Assembly: GCA_905479115.1 (NCBI GenBank)
Contig: CAJQLF010000006.1
Span: forward strand, 7,296 to 71,295
DNA: 64,000 nt
Direction of reading: 5' to 3'
Source: an uncultured Flavobacteriales bacterium
GTDB taxonomy: Bacteria > Bacteroidota > Bacteroidia > Flavobacteriales_D > Sanyastnellaceae
Part shown: positions 1-9,988 of the stretch, piece after piece
Layout: each line of letters opens with the position of its first letter
How positions within the stretch are numbered: the first letter of the stretch is position 1
Position numbers and translations under genes: made by a program
The notes under the pieces: generated by a model
The model's database searches: none
Told to the model about the DNA's origin: nothing
What the model saw: the letters and a program-made list of their open reading frames with translations, nothing else

Positions 1-1
1 A

Positions 2-1876
2 TGTGTCTCTGAATACCGAGATGGTGAATTACTCAGCACGGTCATGCGGGATTTTCAGTTCAACGTGGTGATGTGTGACCCCACTATTATTTCTGCGGCA
101 CAACCTCAAGCGGATGATCAATTTTGCATCGGTGAAACGATTGAATTTTCAGAAAACAGCATCGGTGCTCAGAGCTTGTTGTGGGATTTTGGTGTGCCCG
201 GGATCACAACAGATATAAGCACGGCATCTGATCCTGTATACACCTACCCGGACACGGGTATTTTCGAGGTCATGTTGATTGCCAATCCATCCTGGCCATG
301 CGCCGATACCTCGAGCCAAGTTTTTTACATCTATGAGCCCATAGACCTCAGCATTGAAATGATTGACTTCGAATGCCTGAGTGGAATTGAAGCTTTTGAT
401 TTGGAGGCCAGTGGTGCCTTCACTGAGAACACCACCTTGGCTTGGAGCTTTTTGGGAGGCCTGCCGAGCACCGGCGATGAAATTACCACCGATTGGATCA
501 CCTTTAATAACGCCGATGAGTGGACCGTCACATTGGATGCTGAGCATTACGGATGTCAATCGAGCACGCAGTTTACCTGGGATGCACCGGAGACACCAGT
601 AGCCAGTATCGCAGATCAGTCATCGTTTTGCCAAGGGTTTGACTTTGATTTTGAGAATCTATCATCCAATGGGACCAACTGGAGTTGGGACTTCGGTGTT
701 TACGGTGACAACACAGACATTTCGAACGATGAATCTCCTTCATTCACCTATCCTGGCGACGGAGTCTACACCGTTCAATTGGTGGTGTCTGCTCCATACA
801 CATGCAGCGATACCGCTTTTGCAACGATAGAAATTTTCCCGGAAATCGATCCGTCATTCGAAGCGCCTGACCCCGAGTGTTTTTCGACGAACAATTTCAC
901 CATCAACCCCTTGATTGAAAATGACCCCATCACCGAATATGAATGGGATTTTGGTGGAGCTACCGTGAGCGCGAATATCAATGGCCCGCAAGTGAGCAAC
1001 CTCGTATATACGGAACCTGGAACATACACCGTGGAGGTCACAGCAACTGCCAACGGATGCGAGGTCACGGCTTCTGAAGATGTATGGGTCATTGTTGATC
1101 CAAGCATTGGTTTTCAAGGTGGCCCCCCGATAGGTTGCCCTCCCCACTCCGTTTCATTCACCAATACTAGTGAAACAGAAACCGCCACAACCTACCTGTG
1201 GGACTTTGGCGATGGAAGCACCAGCATCGCACCCAATCCAGTGCATGTGTATCAAAATTCAGGTGATTTTTCTGTCACATTGACCATGAACGCCTCCGGA
1301 TACTGCAGCACCGAATTGATTCTTTCACAACCCAATTTAATCGAAGTTTATCCCATTCCAGATGCCGGGTTTGACATCACTCCTAACCAGGTTGACATTC
1401 TCAACCCTAACGTCGAATTTGAATCGTTGGCTTCAGGAAACGTGGATTGCTTTTACAACTTTGGCGATGGTGGATCATCCAGCTCGTGCAATGGTTCGTA
1501 CACCTTTTCCGACGGCGGTTTGTTCAATGTCGTTCAAACCGTCGTGAATGAGGCTGGATGCACCAATACGGCGATCGGACAAGTCGCCGTTTCAGGTAGC
1601 GTTTTTTATGCTCCCAATGCCTTCACACCAAATCACGACGGACTCAACGATGTTTGGCAACCTGTCGCTCTAGGCATCACGCAATATCACTTGCAGATTT
1701 ACAACCGGTGGGGAGAAATGATTTGGGAAACGTGGGAGCCCAATACACCTTGGCTGGGTCAAGTAAAGGATGGACAGCACTTCGCAATCGATGGACTTTA
1801 CTTTTATGAAGCTTGGACCGAGGACCAATTGCAGTTCCCAAGAACCTACAGCGGCATCATTCAATTGACACGGTAA
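2..1876 (+). CDS. PKD-repeat surface protein with T9SS type-B (gliding-motility CHU_C-like) C-terminal sorting domain; 5' partial
   Basis: The frame is open from nt 2, with no stop before the first ATG at 44, so the 5' end lies outside the window. Five PKD-like units are marked by LLWDFGVPG, WSWDFGVYGDN, YEWDFGG, YLWDFGDGST and YNFGDGGS. The C-terminus FYAPNAFTPNHDGLNDVWQP...YFYEAW matches the type-B sorting domain. Confidence 0.85.
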   Translation, partial: CVSEYRDGELLSTVMRDFQFNVVMCDPTIISAAQPQADDQFCIGETIEFSENSIGAQSLLWDFGVPGITTDISTASDPVYTYPDTGIFEVMLIANPSWPCADTSSQVFYIYEPIDLSIEMIDFECLSGIEAFDLEASGAFTENTTLAWSFLGGLPSTGDEITTDWITFNNADEWTVTLDAEHYGCQSSTQFTWDAPETPVASIADQSSFCQGFDFDFENLSSNGTNWSWDFGVYGDNTDISNDESPSFTYPGDGVYTVQLVVSAPYTCSDTAFATIEIFPEIDPSFEAPDPECFSTNNFTINPLIENDPITEYEWDFGGATVSANINGPQVSNLVYTEPGTYTVEVTATANGCEVTASEDVWVIVDPSIGFQGGPPIGCPPHSVSFTNTSETETATTYLWDFGDGSTSIAPNPVHVYQNSGDFSVTLTMNASGYCSTELILSQPNLIEVYPIPDAGFDITPNQVDILNPNVEFESLASGNVDCFYNFGDGGSSSSCNGSYTFSDGGLFNVVQTVVNEAGCTNTAIGQVAVSGSVFYAPNAFTPNHDGLNDVWQPVALGITQYHLQIYNRWGEMIWETWEPNTPWLGQVKDGQHFAIDGLYFYEAWTEDQLQFPRTYSGIIQLTR

Positions 1877-1896
1877 TCAAAGGAGAAAACATAAAA

Positions 1897-1904
1897 TAGT
1901 TTTG
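1897..1904 (+). promoter_or_regulatory. Candidate Bacteroidota sigma-A -7 box (TAGTTTTG = TAnnTTTG)
   Basis: Exact match to the TAnnTTTG -7 consensus, 47 nt upstream of the ATG at 1951. No convincing -33 TTTG partner was seen. Confidence 0.35.
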
Positions 1905-1950
1905 CTTCTTGCATCTCGTCGAATATATTAGCCATGCTAGAGAACGAACG

Positions 1951-2361
1951 ATGAGTGATCAATACAACCGAGAGGAAATCTATTCCAGGCCAGTGCGAGC
2001 TGGAAAGCGCACGTACTTTTTTGATGTTAAAGCAACTCGAGGCCAAGATCTGTACATGACAATTACGGAGAGTAAGCGAAGATTTGACGACAATGGCAAT
2101 GTCCATTACCAAAAGCATAAGATTTTCTTATACCGGGAAGATTTCGCCAATTTCGAAGAAGGATTCGTCGATGCAGTAGAAAAAATCCAAGAGCTAATGG
2201 CAACGGGTAACTACCGCGACCCCATTGCTGAGCGAGAAGCCAAAGCCGAAACAGAGGAGAATTCTGCGGATGAGACGACTCAGCGAGATACTTTGGCGGA
2301 TACTCCAGAAGAGGAAACGACCGAATCTAGTTCAGACGACATCACTTTCGAAGACCTCTAA
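1951..2361 (+). CDS. PUR-alpha-like nucleic-acid-binding protein (DUF3276 family)
   Basis: SRPVRAGKRTYFFDVKATRGQDLYMTITESKRR...HKIFLYREDF resembles the PUR repeat of Bacteroidota DUF3276 proteins, followed by an acidic Glu/Asp/Thr-rich tail. The ORF opens at TTG 1909; the first ATG at 1951 is taken as the start. Confidence 0.7.
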   Translation: MSDQYNREEIYSRPVRAGKRTYFFDVKATRGQDLYMTITESKRRFDDNGNVHYQKHKIFLYREDFANFEEGFVDAVEKIQELMATGNYRDPIAEREAKAETEENSADETTQRDTLADTPEEETTESSSDDITFEDL

Positions 2362-2444
2362 GACGCCCTCTTCCCTCGTCGTAAACTTCACAAAAGCTCG
2401 CAGATTGGTGAATAACTTTTCTAGCAGCTCTATGCCTTGCCTAT

Positions 2445-2452
2445 TATCTTTG
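2445..2452 (+). promoter_or_regulatory. Candidate -7 box (TATCTTTG) upstream of parA
   Basis: TAnnTTTG match about 95 nt upstream of the parA ATG. No clear -33 element. Confidence 0.25.
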
Positions 2453-2546
2453 AGTGTACCGAAATAGTTGGAAAAGACACACGAAAAACACCTTTTTCTG
2501 CGTTGGATTCTACATCAATAACCACCGGTAACCTCAAGTAAATACC

Positions 2547-3356
2547 ATGGGCAAAATCATCTCAGTTGCGAACCAAAAAGGAGGTGTCGGAAAAACCACG
2601 ACCTCCATCAACTTGGGTGCATGTTTTGGTGTCCTTGAATACAAAACACTGCTGGTAGATGCTGACCCACAGGCCAATGCAACTTCCGGATTGGGCATTG
2701 AACCCACAACGGTGAAACGCGGAACGTATGAAGCCTTGCTTGGAGAAACCGACATTCAATCTTCCATTGTCGCCACGTCTTCGCCCAACTTGGATTTGCT
2801 CCCAGCTCGCATCGACCTGGTCGGTGCCGAAATTGAGTTGATCGGGCAAGAAGAGAGAGAGCACCAATTAAAGAGAGCCCTTGCCACAGTCAAGGATCAA
2901 TATGATTTCATCATCATTGACTGCTCCCCCAGCCTTGGATTGATCACGATCAATTCACTTGTAGCATCTGATGCTGTTCTGGTACCCGTGCAATGCGAGT
3001 ATTTCGCACTGGAAGGATTGGGCAAGTTGCTGAATACCATCAAAATTGTTCAATCTGGCCTGAATGAGGCGTTAGATGTAGAAGGCATTCTGCTGACGAT
3101 GTACGACACCCGATTGCGGCTGGCAAATCAAGTGGTGGATGAAGTTCGCACCCATTTTCAAGAATTGGTCCTCAAAACAATCATCCATCGGAACACACGC
3201 TTGGGTGAAGCACCTAGCTTCGGCGAGTCAATTATCATGCACGACGCGTCCTCCAAAGGTTCCGTGAACTATCTGAATCTCGCTCGGGAAATTCTTCAGC
3301 GCAATCAGATGACCCAGCTATCCGAAGAAGAAAAGGTCATCCCCCTCTCACAGTAA
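2547..3356 (+). CDS. parA: Chromosome-partitioning ATPase ParA/Soj
   Basis: N-terminal deviant Walker A ISVANQKGGVGKTTT, full-length ParA-like sequence, immediately upstream of parB. Confidence 0.95.
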   Translation: MGKIISVANQKGGVGKTTTSINLGACFGVLEYKTLLVDADPQANATSGLGIEPTTVKRGTYEALLGETDIQSSIVATSSPNLDLLPARIDLVGAEIELIGQEEREHQLKRALATVKDQYDFIIIDCSPSLGLITINSLVASDAVLVPVQCEYFALEGLGKLLNTIKIVQSGLNEALDVEGILLTMYDTRLRLANQVVDEVRTHFQELVLKTIIHRNTRLGEAPSFGESIIMHDASSKGSVNYLNLAREILQRNQMTQLSEEEKVIPLSQ

Positions 3357-3370
3357 CATCGGCGGTTGAT

Positions 3371-4276
3371 ATGGCCAAAAAGCAAGCGTTGGGACGCGGA
3401 TTGGGCGCCCTACTTCCGGGAGCACCATCTCCATCCACTCATTCAACTGCGGATGAACCTCAGGTCATTGGAAACATGGCAGGCCGTATTTGCCTTTTGA
3501 CCGTTTCTCAAATCGACAACAATCCAGACCAGCCGCGGAGAGAGTTTCCGAAAGAAGCCCTAGAAGAATTGGCACAAAGTATTCGCGAGCTGGGCATCAT
3601 TCAGCCTATTACCGTGCACAAAGTGCGGGCTGACAAATATCAAATCATAAGCGGTGAGCGACGCTTCCGAGCCTCCCAGATTGCAGGTCTCGACGAAATC
3701 CCCGCGTACATCCGAGAAGTGAACGATCAGACGCTTTTGGAAATGGCGCTGGTCGAAAACATTCAGCGTGAAGATCTGCATGCAATTGAAGTGGCCATTT
3801 CCTTTCAAAGATTAATTGAGGAATGCAAGCTCACCCATGAAGAATTGGGGCTTCGTCTGGGTAAAAACCGCTCAACCATTACCAATTACGTGAGGTTGTT
3901 GCAACTTCCGGCGGACATGCAGCTTGCGGTTCGGCACAAAGAGATATCCATGGGACATGCACGCGCCCTTATCGGCATAGATGACCCTGCATGGCAACAA
4001 ACGGTTTTTGATCGAATCCAATCGGAAAATTTATCTGTTCGAGCCGTGGAAGAACTCGCTCGAAGCGTAAAGCGAAATAGCCAAGAACAGAAATCCTCAA
4101 AAACACGAAACAGACCGGTTCTTACCTTTGATGAACAGCAAGTTCAGGCCGATTTGAAATTGAAGTTTGGTCATCAAACTGTTCTAACACGAAATGGACA
4201 AGGAGGAGGTAAAGTCCTGTTGAATTTTAGCGACTCGGATGACCTTGATCGTTTATTGAAGCAGTTGGGACTGTGA
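3371..4276 (+). CDS. parB: Chromosome-partitioning protein ParB/Spo0J
   Basis: ParB box IISGERRFRAS, an HTH region (KNRSTITNYVRLLQLP), and a position directly after parA. Confidence 0.95.
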   Translation: MAKKQALGRGLGALLPGAPSPSTHSTADEPQVIGNMAGRICLLTVSQIDNNPDQPRREFPKEALEELAQSIRELGIIQPITVHKVRADKYQIISGERRFRASQIAGLDEIPAYIREVNDQTLLEMALVENIQREDLHAIEVAISFQRLIEECKLTHEELGLRLGKNRSTITNYVRLLQLPADMQLAVRHKEISMGHARALIGIDDPAWQQTVFDRIQSENLSVRAVEELARSVKRNSQEQKSSKTRNRPVLTFDEQQVQADLKLKFGHQTVLTRNGQGGGKVLLNFSDSDDLDRLLKQLGL

Positions 4277-4857
4277 TCGGATTTCGCTGGATACTTTTCG
4301 TTGTAGCGACTGTTGGAACATGCCTTCAGGCCCCATCCTGTTTTGCAGGACAAGATCCGCTCCCTGAAATCTTCTCCCAAGCCACTTTACCAGATAGCAC
4401 TCGTTCCAAGCGAACGACACGCATGGCCGCTTTCATTCCCGGTGCGGGTCAAATCATGAACCGAAAATATTGGAAGGCGCCCCTTGTTTGGGGTGGCATC
4501 GCTTGGTGCATCAGCTTGATTGACTACAATACTAGCGCTCTTATACAAGCAAGGGCGGAACTCATTCTATTGGAGCAGAACCAGGCGAATGCATACGATC
4601 TTCAGCAAGCGAGAAATGAAGAAACATTTTATCGCCAGCAGCGCGACGTTTCTTGGTTTGCATTAACCGGGGTGCATCTGCTGAGCATTTTGGACGCCCA
4701 CGTTGATGCAAATTTGCTTGCTTTCGATGTGTCTGAGGATTTGTCAATGGAGTTTGCGCCTTTGATTCCCGCCGGGCAGGGTCCACAAGCCGCGGCATTG
4801 GGAATTGTACTTTCTTGGGAATTGAATCGTTCAAAACACCCGAAATTCACCCGGTAA
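4273..4857 (+). CDS. DUF5683 domain-containing membrane protein
   Basis: AAFIPGAGQIMNRKYWKAPLVWGG is the hallmark of the DUF5683 family that follows parB in Bacteroidota. The GTG start overlaps the parB stop (GTGA). Confidence 0.75.
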   Translation: MIGFRWILFVVATVGTCLQAPSCFAGQDPLPEIFSQATLPDSTRSKRTTRMAAFIPGAGQIMNRKYWKAPLVWGGIAWCISLIDYNTSALIQARAELILLEQNQANAYDLQQARNEETFYRQQRDVSWFALTGVHLLSILDAHVDANLLAFDVSEDLSMEFAPLIPAGQGPQAAALGIVLSWELNRSKHPKFTR

Positions 4858-4867
4858 ACAACAAGTT

Positions 4868-6451
4868 ATGGACTTAATTCCCTGGATTTTACTTGCTATT
4901 CTTCTGTTGGAGCACCTCTTTTTCCTTCCCCGATTATTTAGCCGGGCGGGTCAGAAAGCTTGGCATGGATATGTCCCTCTCTTGAATTATTACACGTGGC
5001 TCAAGGTCATTGGAAGACCTTGGTATTGGATTTTCTTGCTCATTGTTCCTGGCATCAATTTGATGATGCTGGTCATTATGCAAGTTGAATTGGGCATCTC
5101 CTTCGGACAGAGATCTACTGTAGATCAATGGAAAAGTGGCGCCGCTGCGTGGGTCGCCTTGCCGATGCTAGCCTTAGGACAGTCTGAGTATGTAGGTCCA
5201 AGAGATTGGCACAATAAAAAGAAATCGACAGGACGAGAATGGGGTGAATCGATTCTTTGGGCGCTCGTCGTAGCCAGCATTGTTCGGACGTTTCTATTTG
5301 AAGCGTTCATGATTCCAACAGGATCTATGGAGGGAAGCATGTTGGTAGGTGATTACCTCTACGTGAGCAAGACGGCGTACGGTCCCAAAGTTCCTCAGAC
5401 ACCTGTTTCAGTTCCTTTGATCCATAATGCCTTACCGGGCAGCATGATTCCCAGCTATACCGAGTGGTTTTCCCTGCCATTTTATCGGTTGCCTGGCATG
5501 AAAAAGGTCGAACGATACGATGCAGTTGTTTTCAATTTTCCCCATGGTGATACGATCATTGTCGATCCCCAGTGGGCTGGACATGACTACTACGGAATTT
5601 TACGAATGGAAGCCATTAAGCGAGCAAACGGAGATATCCCAGCTTATGTAAGCGACCCTGGGCGATACCAAGGTGAAGCTCGAAGTCTCTTGGAACGGCA
5701 ATTTGGAATTCGTCCACGTCCATTGGACAAAACAGAAAATTACGTGAAGCGATGCGTAGCGCTGCCCGGTGAGACGTTGTCAGCTGTGGACGGCACCCTC
5801 AACATCAATGGCAGTCCGCTCGAACCTCCTGCAGGGGTGCAATTCGAATACCGCATCACCTTCGAATCTCCTATGGAGAAGCGAAGAGCGCATCAAGGCT
5901 TGGGGCTCACCAACATTGACGGCACGTACAACGACCGCTCGCTGCAAGTCGCATGGGTTCTCACAGAAGATGAACGAGCACAATTGGAGTCCAGCGGAAT
6001 GGCGGTTACCATTGAACGCGTCGATCTGAGTTTCCGCAGAGGCAGGCTGGAGATGTTTCCCAATGCGTATTTACCTGAATTCAATCAATGGGACCCCGAT
6101 AACTTTGGCCCCATCACACTTCCCAATCGCGGAATGACCATTGAATTGAATCAACGCAATTTAGCCCTCTATCGCAGGGCCATTTCTACGTATGAAGGGC
6201 ACACGTTGGAAGAAGCAGAAGACAAAGTCTTCATAGATGGAGTCGAATCCACGAGTTATACATTTGAATTGGATTATTACTGGATGATGGGAGATAACCG
6301 CCATCGCTCTGCTGATTCAAGGATGTGGGGCTTTGTGCCTGAAACGCATATTGTAGGTCGAGCATCATTTGTTTGGTTCTCAAAGCAGAATAAAGAGCAA
6401 CACGGCGAAAGTAAAATTCGGTGGAACCGCATGTTCAAGTCCGTGAAATGA
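4868..6451 (+). CDS. lepB: Signal peptidase I (S26) with an N-terminal multi-TM extension
   Basis: Catalytic Ser box PTGSMEGSM, KRCVALPGE, and GDNRHRSADSRMWGFVP. Confidence 0.92.
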   Translation: MDLIPWILLAILLLEHLFFLPRLFSRAGQKAWHGYVPLLNYYTWLKVIGRPWYWIFLLIVPGINLMMLVIMQVELGISFGQRSTVDQWKSGAAAWVALPMLALGQSEYVGPRDWHNKKKSTGREWGESILWALVVASIVRTFLFEAFMIPTGSMEGSMLVGDYLYVSKTAYGPKVPQTPVSVPLIHNALPGSMIPSYTEWFSLPFYRLPGMKKVERYDAVVFNFPHGDTIIVDPQWAGHDYYGILRMEAIKRANGDIPAYVSDPGRYQGEARSLLERQFGIRPRPLDKTENYVKRCVALPGETLSAVDGTLNINGSPLEPPAGVQFEYRITFESPMEKRRAHQGLGLTNIDGTYNDRSLQVAWVLTEDERAQLESSGMAVTIERVDLSFRRGRLEMFPNAYLPEFNQWDPDNFGPITLPNRGMTIELNQRNLALYRRAISTYEGHTLEEAEDKVFIDGVESTSYTFELDYYWMMGDNRHRSADSRMWGFVPETHIVGRASFVWFSKQNKEQHGESKIRWNRMFKSVK

Positions 6452-7077
6452 CGGCCGTTTTGCCGCTTTGTCCTTTTCCATCGTTGCATTGGTGGGCATT
6501 GGCACGGCGCGGAGCTGCCATTGACCCTCACGAATCCTATCAAAAGCAAACCATGCGCAATCGGATTCGGATCGCCGGACCTCAGGGTCTTCAGATCATC
6601 ACGTTTGCCGTCCAACACTCTCCTGATTCCAAATCATGGCCCCAGCTCTCCAGCCACATTTCGCCTAAAAACAGTTGGAAGGCCATTCGCACTGCCTACG
6701 GCAACAGTCCATTTTTTGAGCATTTTGAGGAGGAACTGGAAGCCTTATGGGAACAAGGGTTGCCCCATTCTGAGTCAGATGAAAAGCACCTTCAGGCTTG
6801 GGCTTGGAAAACCATCCAATGGACCCAAAAAACCTGTGGATGGACCTTCGAAAATCAAGTTTGCTCGGAATCACCCTCCTTTGGTTCGTGCTCGATTGAT
6901 TTGAGGGAAAAAGCCCAACTCGAAGGTGTGGGCTGGAATTTTGTTCGCTATCCCCAGTTGTTTGAATCCCAGTTCAGCTTTATTCCAGGGTGTTCCATTT
7001 TGGATGGCCTTTTCATCATCGGACCGAGCGAACTCAACAGGCAACTTGACCAACTGACTGGGCTCCACCCATCCTAA
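6448..7077 (+). CDS. WbqC family protein
   Basis: PFPSLHWW...ESYQKQTMRNRIRIAGPQG is typical of WbqC-like proteins. The ATG at 6448 overlaps the lepB stop (ATGA). Confidence 0.75.
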   Translation: MTAVLPLCPFPSLHWWALARRGAAIDPHESYQKQTMRNRIRIAGPQGLQIITFAVQHSPDSKSWPQLSSHISPKNSWKAIRTAYGNSPFFEHFEEELEALWEQGLPHSESDEKHLQAWAWKTIQWTQKTCGWTFENQVCSESPSFGSCSIDLREKAQLEGVGWNFVRYPQLFESQFSFIPGCSILDGLFIIGPSELNRQLDQLTGLHPS

Positions 7078-7094
7078 CTTAAATTCGCAGCCTT

Positions 7095-8180
7095 ATGGAA
7101 AGCACAGGATTGACCCGAACCTCATTATTTGAAGCGCATCGCGCTGCAGGCGGCAAGATGGTTCCTTACGCGGGGTATGAAATGCCGGTATCCTACGCCG
7201 GGTTGGTTGAAGAACACCACGCAGTCCGAAATGACTGTGGAATGTTCGACGTTTCACACATGGGAGAGTTCAGGGTCACAGGTCGCGAAGCCTTGAATTT
7301 AATTCAGTGGATATCGAGCAACGACGCGAGTACTTTGGTCCCCGGAAAAGTCCAATACAGCTGCATGCCCAATGGGCAAGGAGGAATCGTAGACGACCTA
7401 CTCGTCTACTGTATTTCAAGTGAAGAATTCATGCTCGTGGTCAATGCCTCTAACCGTCAAAAGGATTGGGATTGGATTCAAGCGAATAACCAATGGGATG
7501 CCCAGGTAACAGATGAATCTGATTCATGGTCATTGATTGCTTTGCAAGGACCGAATGCAGCGGCCTACCTCCGCCCTCTCACTCCGGATACGCCAGTTGA
7601 CACGATGGGATACTATACGTTCAACCAAGGTCGTGTGGGGGGCAAAGCATGCCTCATCAGTGCTACAGGCTACACCGGCGCAGGAGGCTTTGAATTGTAT
7701 CTAAAAAACGAGGATGCTCCAGCGATTTGGGCGGCACTTTTCGAGGCAGGAGTTCCCCCATGTGGACTCGGAGCGCGTGATACCTTAAGGCTTGAAGCGG
7801 GTTTTTGCCTCTACGGGAATGATATCAGCGACGAGACCTCTCCTCTATCAGCTGGACTTGGTTGGATTACTAAATTCACCAAGGATTTTGTCGATTCCAA
7901 GCGGCTTGCATTGGAAAAAGAAGCGGGTTCGGAAAAGATTCTCCGGGGACTCTCCGTCACTGAGCGGGGAATTCCTCGCAAAGATTATCTCATCGAAAAT
8001 GCTGCAGAAGAAGTCATTGGCATCGTAACGAGCGGTACGTCATCTCCCACATTAGGCCATGGAATCGCGCTGGGTTACATCGACAAATCTCATGCGAAAA
8101 TTGGAGAGACTGTTTTTATCCGAATCCGGAAAAACGCAATTCCAGCAGAGGTGATGCGCCCAGGCTTTTTAAAGAAATAA
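7095..8180 (+). CDS. gcvT: Glycine cleavage system aminomethyltransferase (T protein)
   Basis: GYEMPVSYAGLVEEHHAVRNDCGMFDVSHMGEF plus full-length GcvT similarity. Confidence 0.95.
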   Translation: MESTGLTRTSLFEAHRAAGGKMVPYAGYEMPVSYAGLVEEHHAVRNDCGMFDVSHMGEFRVTGREALNLIQWISSNDASTLVPGKVQYSCMPNGQGGIVDDLLVYCISSEEFMLVVNASNRQKDWDWIQANNQWDAQVTDESDSWSLIALQGPNAAAYLRPLTPDTPVDTMGYYTFNQGRVGGKACLISATGYTGAGGFELYLKNEDAPAIWAALFEAGVPPCGLGARDTLRLEAGFCLYGNDISDETSPLSAGLGWITKFTKDFVDSKRLALEKEAGSEKILRGLSVTERGIPRKDYLIENAAEEVIGIVTSGTSSPTLGHGIALGYIDKSHAKIGETVFIRIRKNAIPAEVMRPGFLKK

Positions 8181-8259
8181 TCAATTCGAGTGGAATTTGT
8201 ATCTTCAGAAAGATTTCAAACCGAGGCGACTTATTTTCATTTCATAACCACAGAGAACC

Positions 8260-9033
8260 TTGAATTACGTAGAAGTTTGTTTTTCTCCTGCCGAATATCC
8301 GCTGTATCGAGAGCACTTTGAATTGGTCGTCGTGATTGATGTGCTCCGCGCGACCTCAGCGATATGCACAGCCTTGGAAAATGGAATCTCCAAAATTAAG
8401 CCCGTTGCTTCGGTGGAAGATGCCAAATATTGGCAGGATAAGGGCTTCATTGGTGCCGCTGAGCGCAATGGTGAAATCGTTGAAGGATTCGATTTGGGCA
8501 ACAGCCCGATCGCTTACATAGAACGCGCTCAAGAACTTGCTGGAAAAACCGTCGTATTGACTACCACCAACGGCACCAAAGCAATCGACATTGCGAGCGA
8601 GAAAGAAACGGTGGTCATAGGAGCATTGAACAACCTTGATGCCCTGTGCGACTGGCTCAAGTTACAGGATGAAAATATTCTGATCCTCGGCTCTGGCTGG
8701 AAGGATAAGTTCAACCTAGAGGACACCATATGTGCGGGTGCCATCGCTGACCGCTTAATTGATACCGGACTCTTTAAAGCCGACGAGGACAGCACTGTGG
8801 CGGCAAAATTCATCTATCGTTCTGCCCGGGACAACATGTTTGCATTCCTGCGCGCTTCCTCCCATCGAAGACGACTTCGCAAACTCAATTTGAGTGAAGA
8901 TGTCAAGTACTGCCTGACGCCTAACAATTCAACGACCATTCCGATCCTAGAAGATGGATTTTTGGTGCGTCTTGAAGATTCAAAGAGATCATCCTCACCA
9001 ACGGCTGCCAAGCAAAATTTGCCAGTTTCTTAA
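8260..9033 (+). CDS. 2-phosphosulfolactate phosphatase (ComB) family protein
   Basis: VVIDVLRATSAICTALENG and GERNG..EGFDLGNSP motifs of the ComB family. The start is an apparent TTG with no in-frame upstream ATG. Confidence 0.7.
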   Translation: MNYVEVCFSPAEYPLYREHFELVVVIDVLRATSAICTALENGISKIKPVASVEDAKYWQDKGFIGAAERNGEIVEGFDLGNSPIAYIERAQELAGKTVVLTTTNGTKAIDIASEKETVVIGALNNLDALCDWLKLQDENILILGSGWKDKFNLEDTICAGAIADRLIDTGLFKADEDSTVAAKFIYRSARDNMFAFLRASSHRRRLRKLNLSEDVKYCLTPNNSTTIPILEDGFLVRLEDSKRSSSPTAAKQNLPVS

Positions 9034-9070
9034 GGAGACATCGCTCGGCCTGCGATCTTGTTGGCTCCTG

Positions 9071-9988
9071 ATGGCAAGCCTCATTTTTCCAGTAACCTCA
9101 TCAAGTTGGGGGTTCACTGCGCACCGTCATATCGTCGATGTAGCCATTGCTTGGCTGCCCTTGCAGCTCCAACCATTCTTTAAATACCACCGTTCTTGGC
9201 TGATTGAGCATGCGCTTGATGCAGACTTACGCAAGCATACCATTTCCGATGAGAAACCAAGACATTACATTGACCTTGACCGGTATGGCCCACCCGATTC
9301 TCTAGGCTGTGTATTTCCAGTGTCTTGGTCCGTCGCAGTTGATCATTGGAGCGAGGATAGCTTGATGGCCCACGGCATTGGCCCATGGCATGCACAACAA
9401 GTATATAAGCGGCTAATACACGCATTTGAACTGCGTGATTCACTCGCAATACTGAGGCATGCCGTGGATTTGGCTCATTACATCGCTGATTTAAATGTCC
9501 CCTTGCACACGACATCCAATTACAACGGCCAAGAAACCGGCCAAAAAGGCATCCACTCGCTGTGGGAAACTCAAATCCCAGAGCAACATCAGCAATCGTT
9601 TCACCTGGTTCCCATGCGCGACTCACTCCAATGCGTTTATCTCGTCGACATGGAACGGCAGATATGGTCTACGGTATTGAACAGCCACAGTCAATTGCCA
9701 TCTGTTTTTCAATGTGAAAATGAGGTGCGAAAACAACTAGAAGGACAAGCCATTGATCAATACATCGTTCGAGGACGAGCTCGCCAATTGATGCGTTCAC
9801 CGGAATTTGTAGACGCCTACCATGAACTCCTCGATGGACAAGTTCAAAACCAAATGCAGCAGAGCATTCAGGTCATAAGCTCAGCTTGGTACAGCGCTTG
9901 GATCGATGCTGGGCAACCTCCTCTTCCGACAATCAACCGCTCCAATTCAACCCATTGGAAAAAGGCCTTAGATTGGTTGTTAAGATGA
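9071..9988 (+). CDS. S1/P1 nuclease / zinc-dependent phospholipase C superfamily protein (secreted)
   Basis: Signal-like MASLIFPVTSSS followed by WGFTAHRHI. His/Asp-rich metal-site segments follow (HYIDLD, HYIADLNVPLHTT). The ATG at 9071 was chosen over the longer ORF that overlaps the upstream gene. Confidence 0.6.
   Translation: MASLIFPVTSSSWGFTAHRHIVDVAIAWLPLQLQPFFKYHRSWLIEHALDADLRKHTISDEKPRHYIDLDRYGPPDSLGCVFPVSWSVAVDHWSEDSLMAHGIGPWHAQQVYKRLIHAFELRDSLAILRHAVDLAHYIADLNVPLHTTSNYNGQETGQKGIHSLWETQIPEQHQQSFHLVPMRDSLQCVYLVDMERQIWSTVLNSHSQLPSVFQCENEVRKQLEGQAIDQYIVRGRARQLMRSPEFVDAYHELLDGQVQNQMQQSIQVISSAWYSAWIDAGQPPLPTINRSNSTHWKKALDWLLR

Noticed and set aside
2362-2546. Possible small RNA or tRNA in the longer intergenic regions (2362-2546, 30105-30222, 34918-35043, 42513-42712, 45439-45602)
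   Set aside because: I saw no cloverleaf-compatible arms, no GTTC-type T-loop context, and no conserved riboswitch cores. The hairpins present are explained as terminators. A covariance-model scan would be needed to exclude small RNAs definitively.
6421-6447. Longer N-terminal extensions suggested by the ORF track (6421 WbqC, 8954 S1/P1-like, 9886 DUF3524 GT, 13665 methyltransferase, 16580 nrnA, 52013 csaA-like, 53009 aminotransferase, 56835 folP, 57018 DUF1599)
   Set aside because: The extensions overlap the preceding or divergent gene substantially and add residues not seen at homologue N-termini. Internal ATGs give 4-nt overlaps or short gaps and family-typical N-termini.
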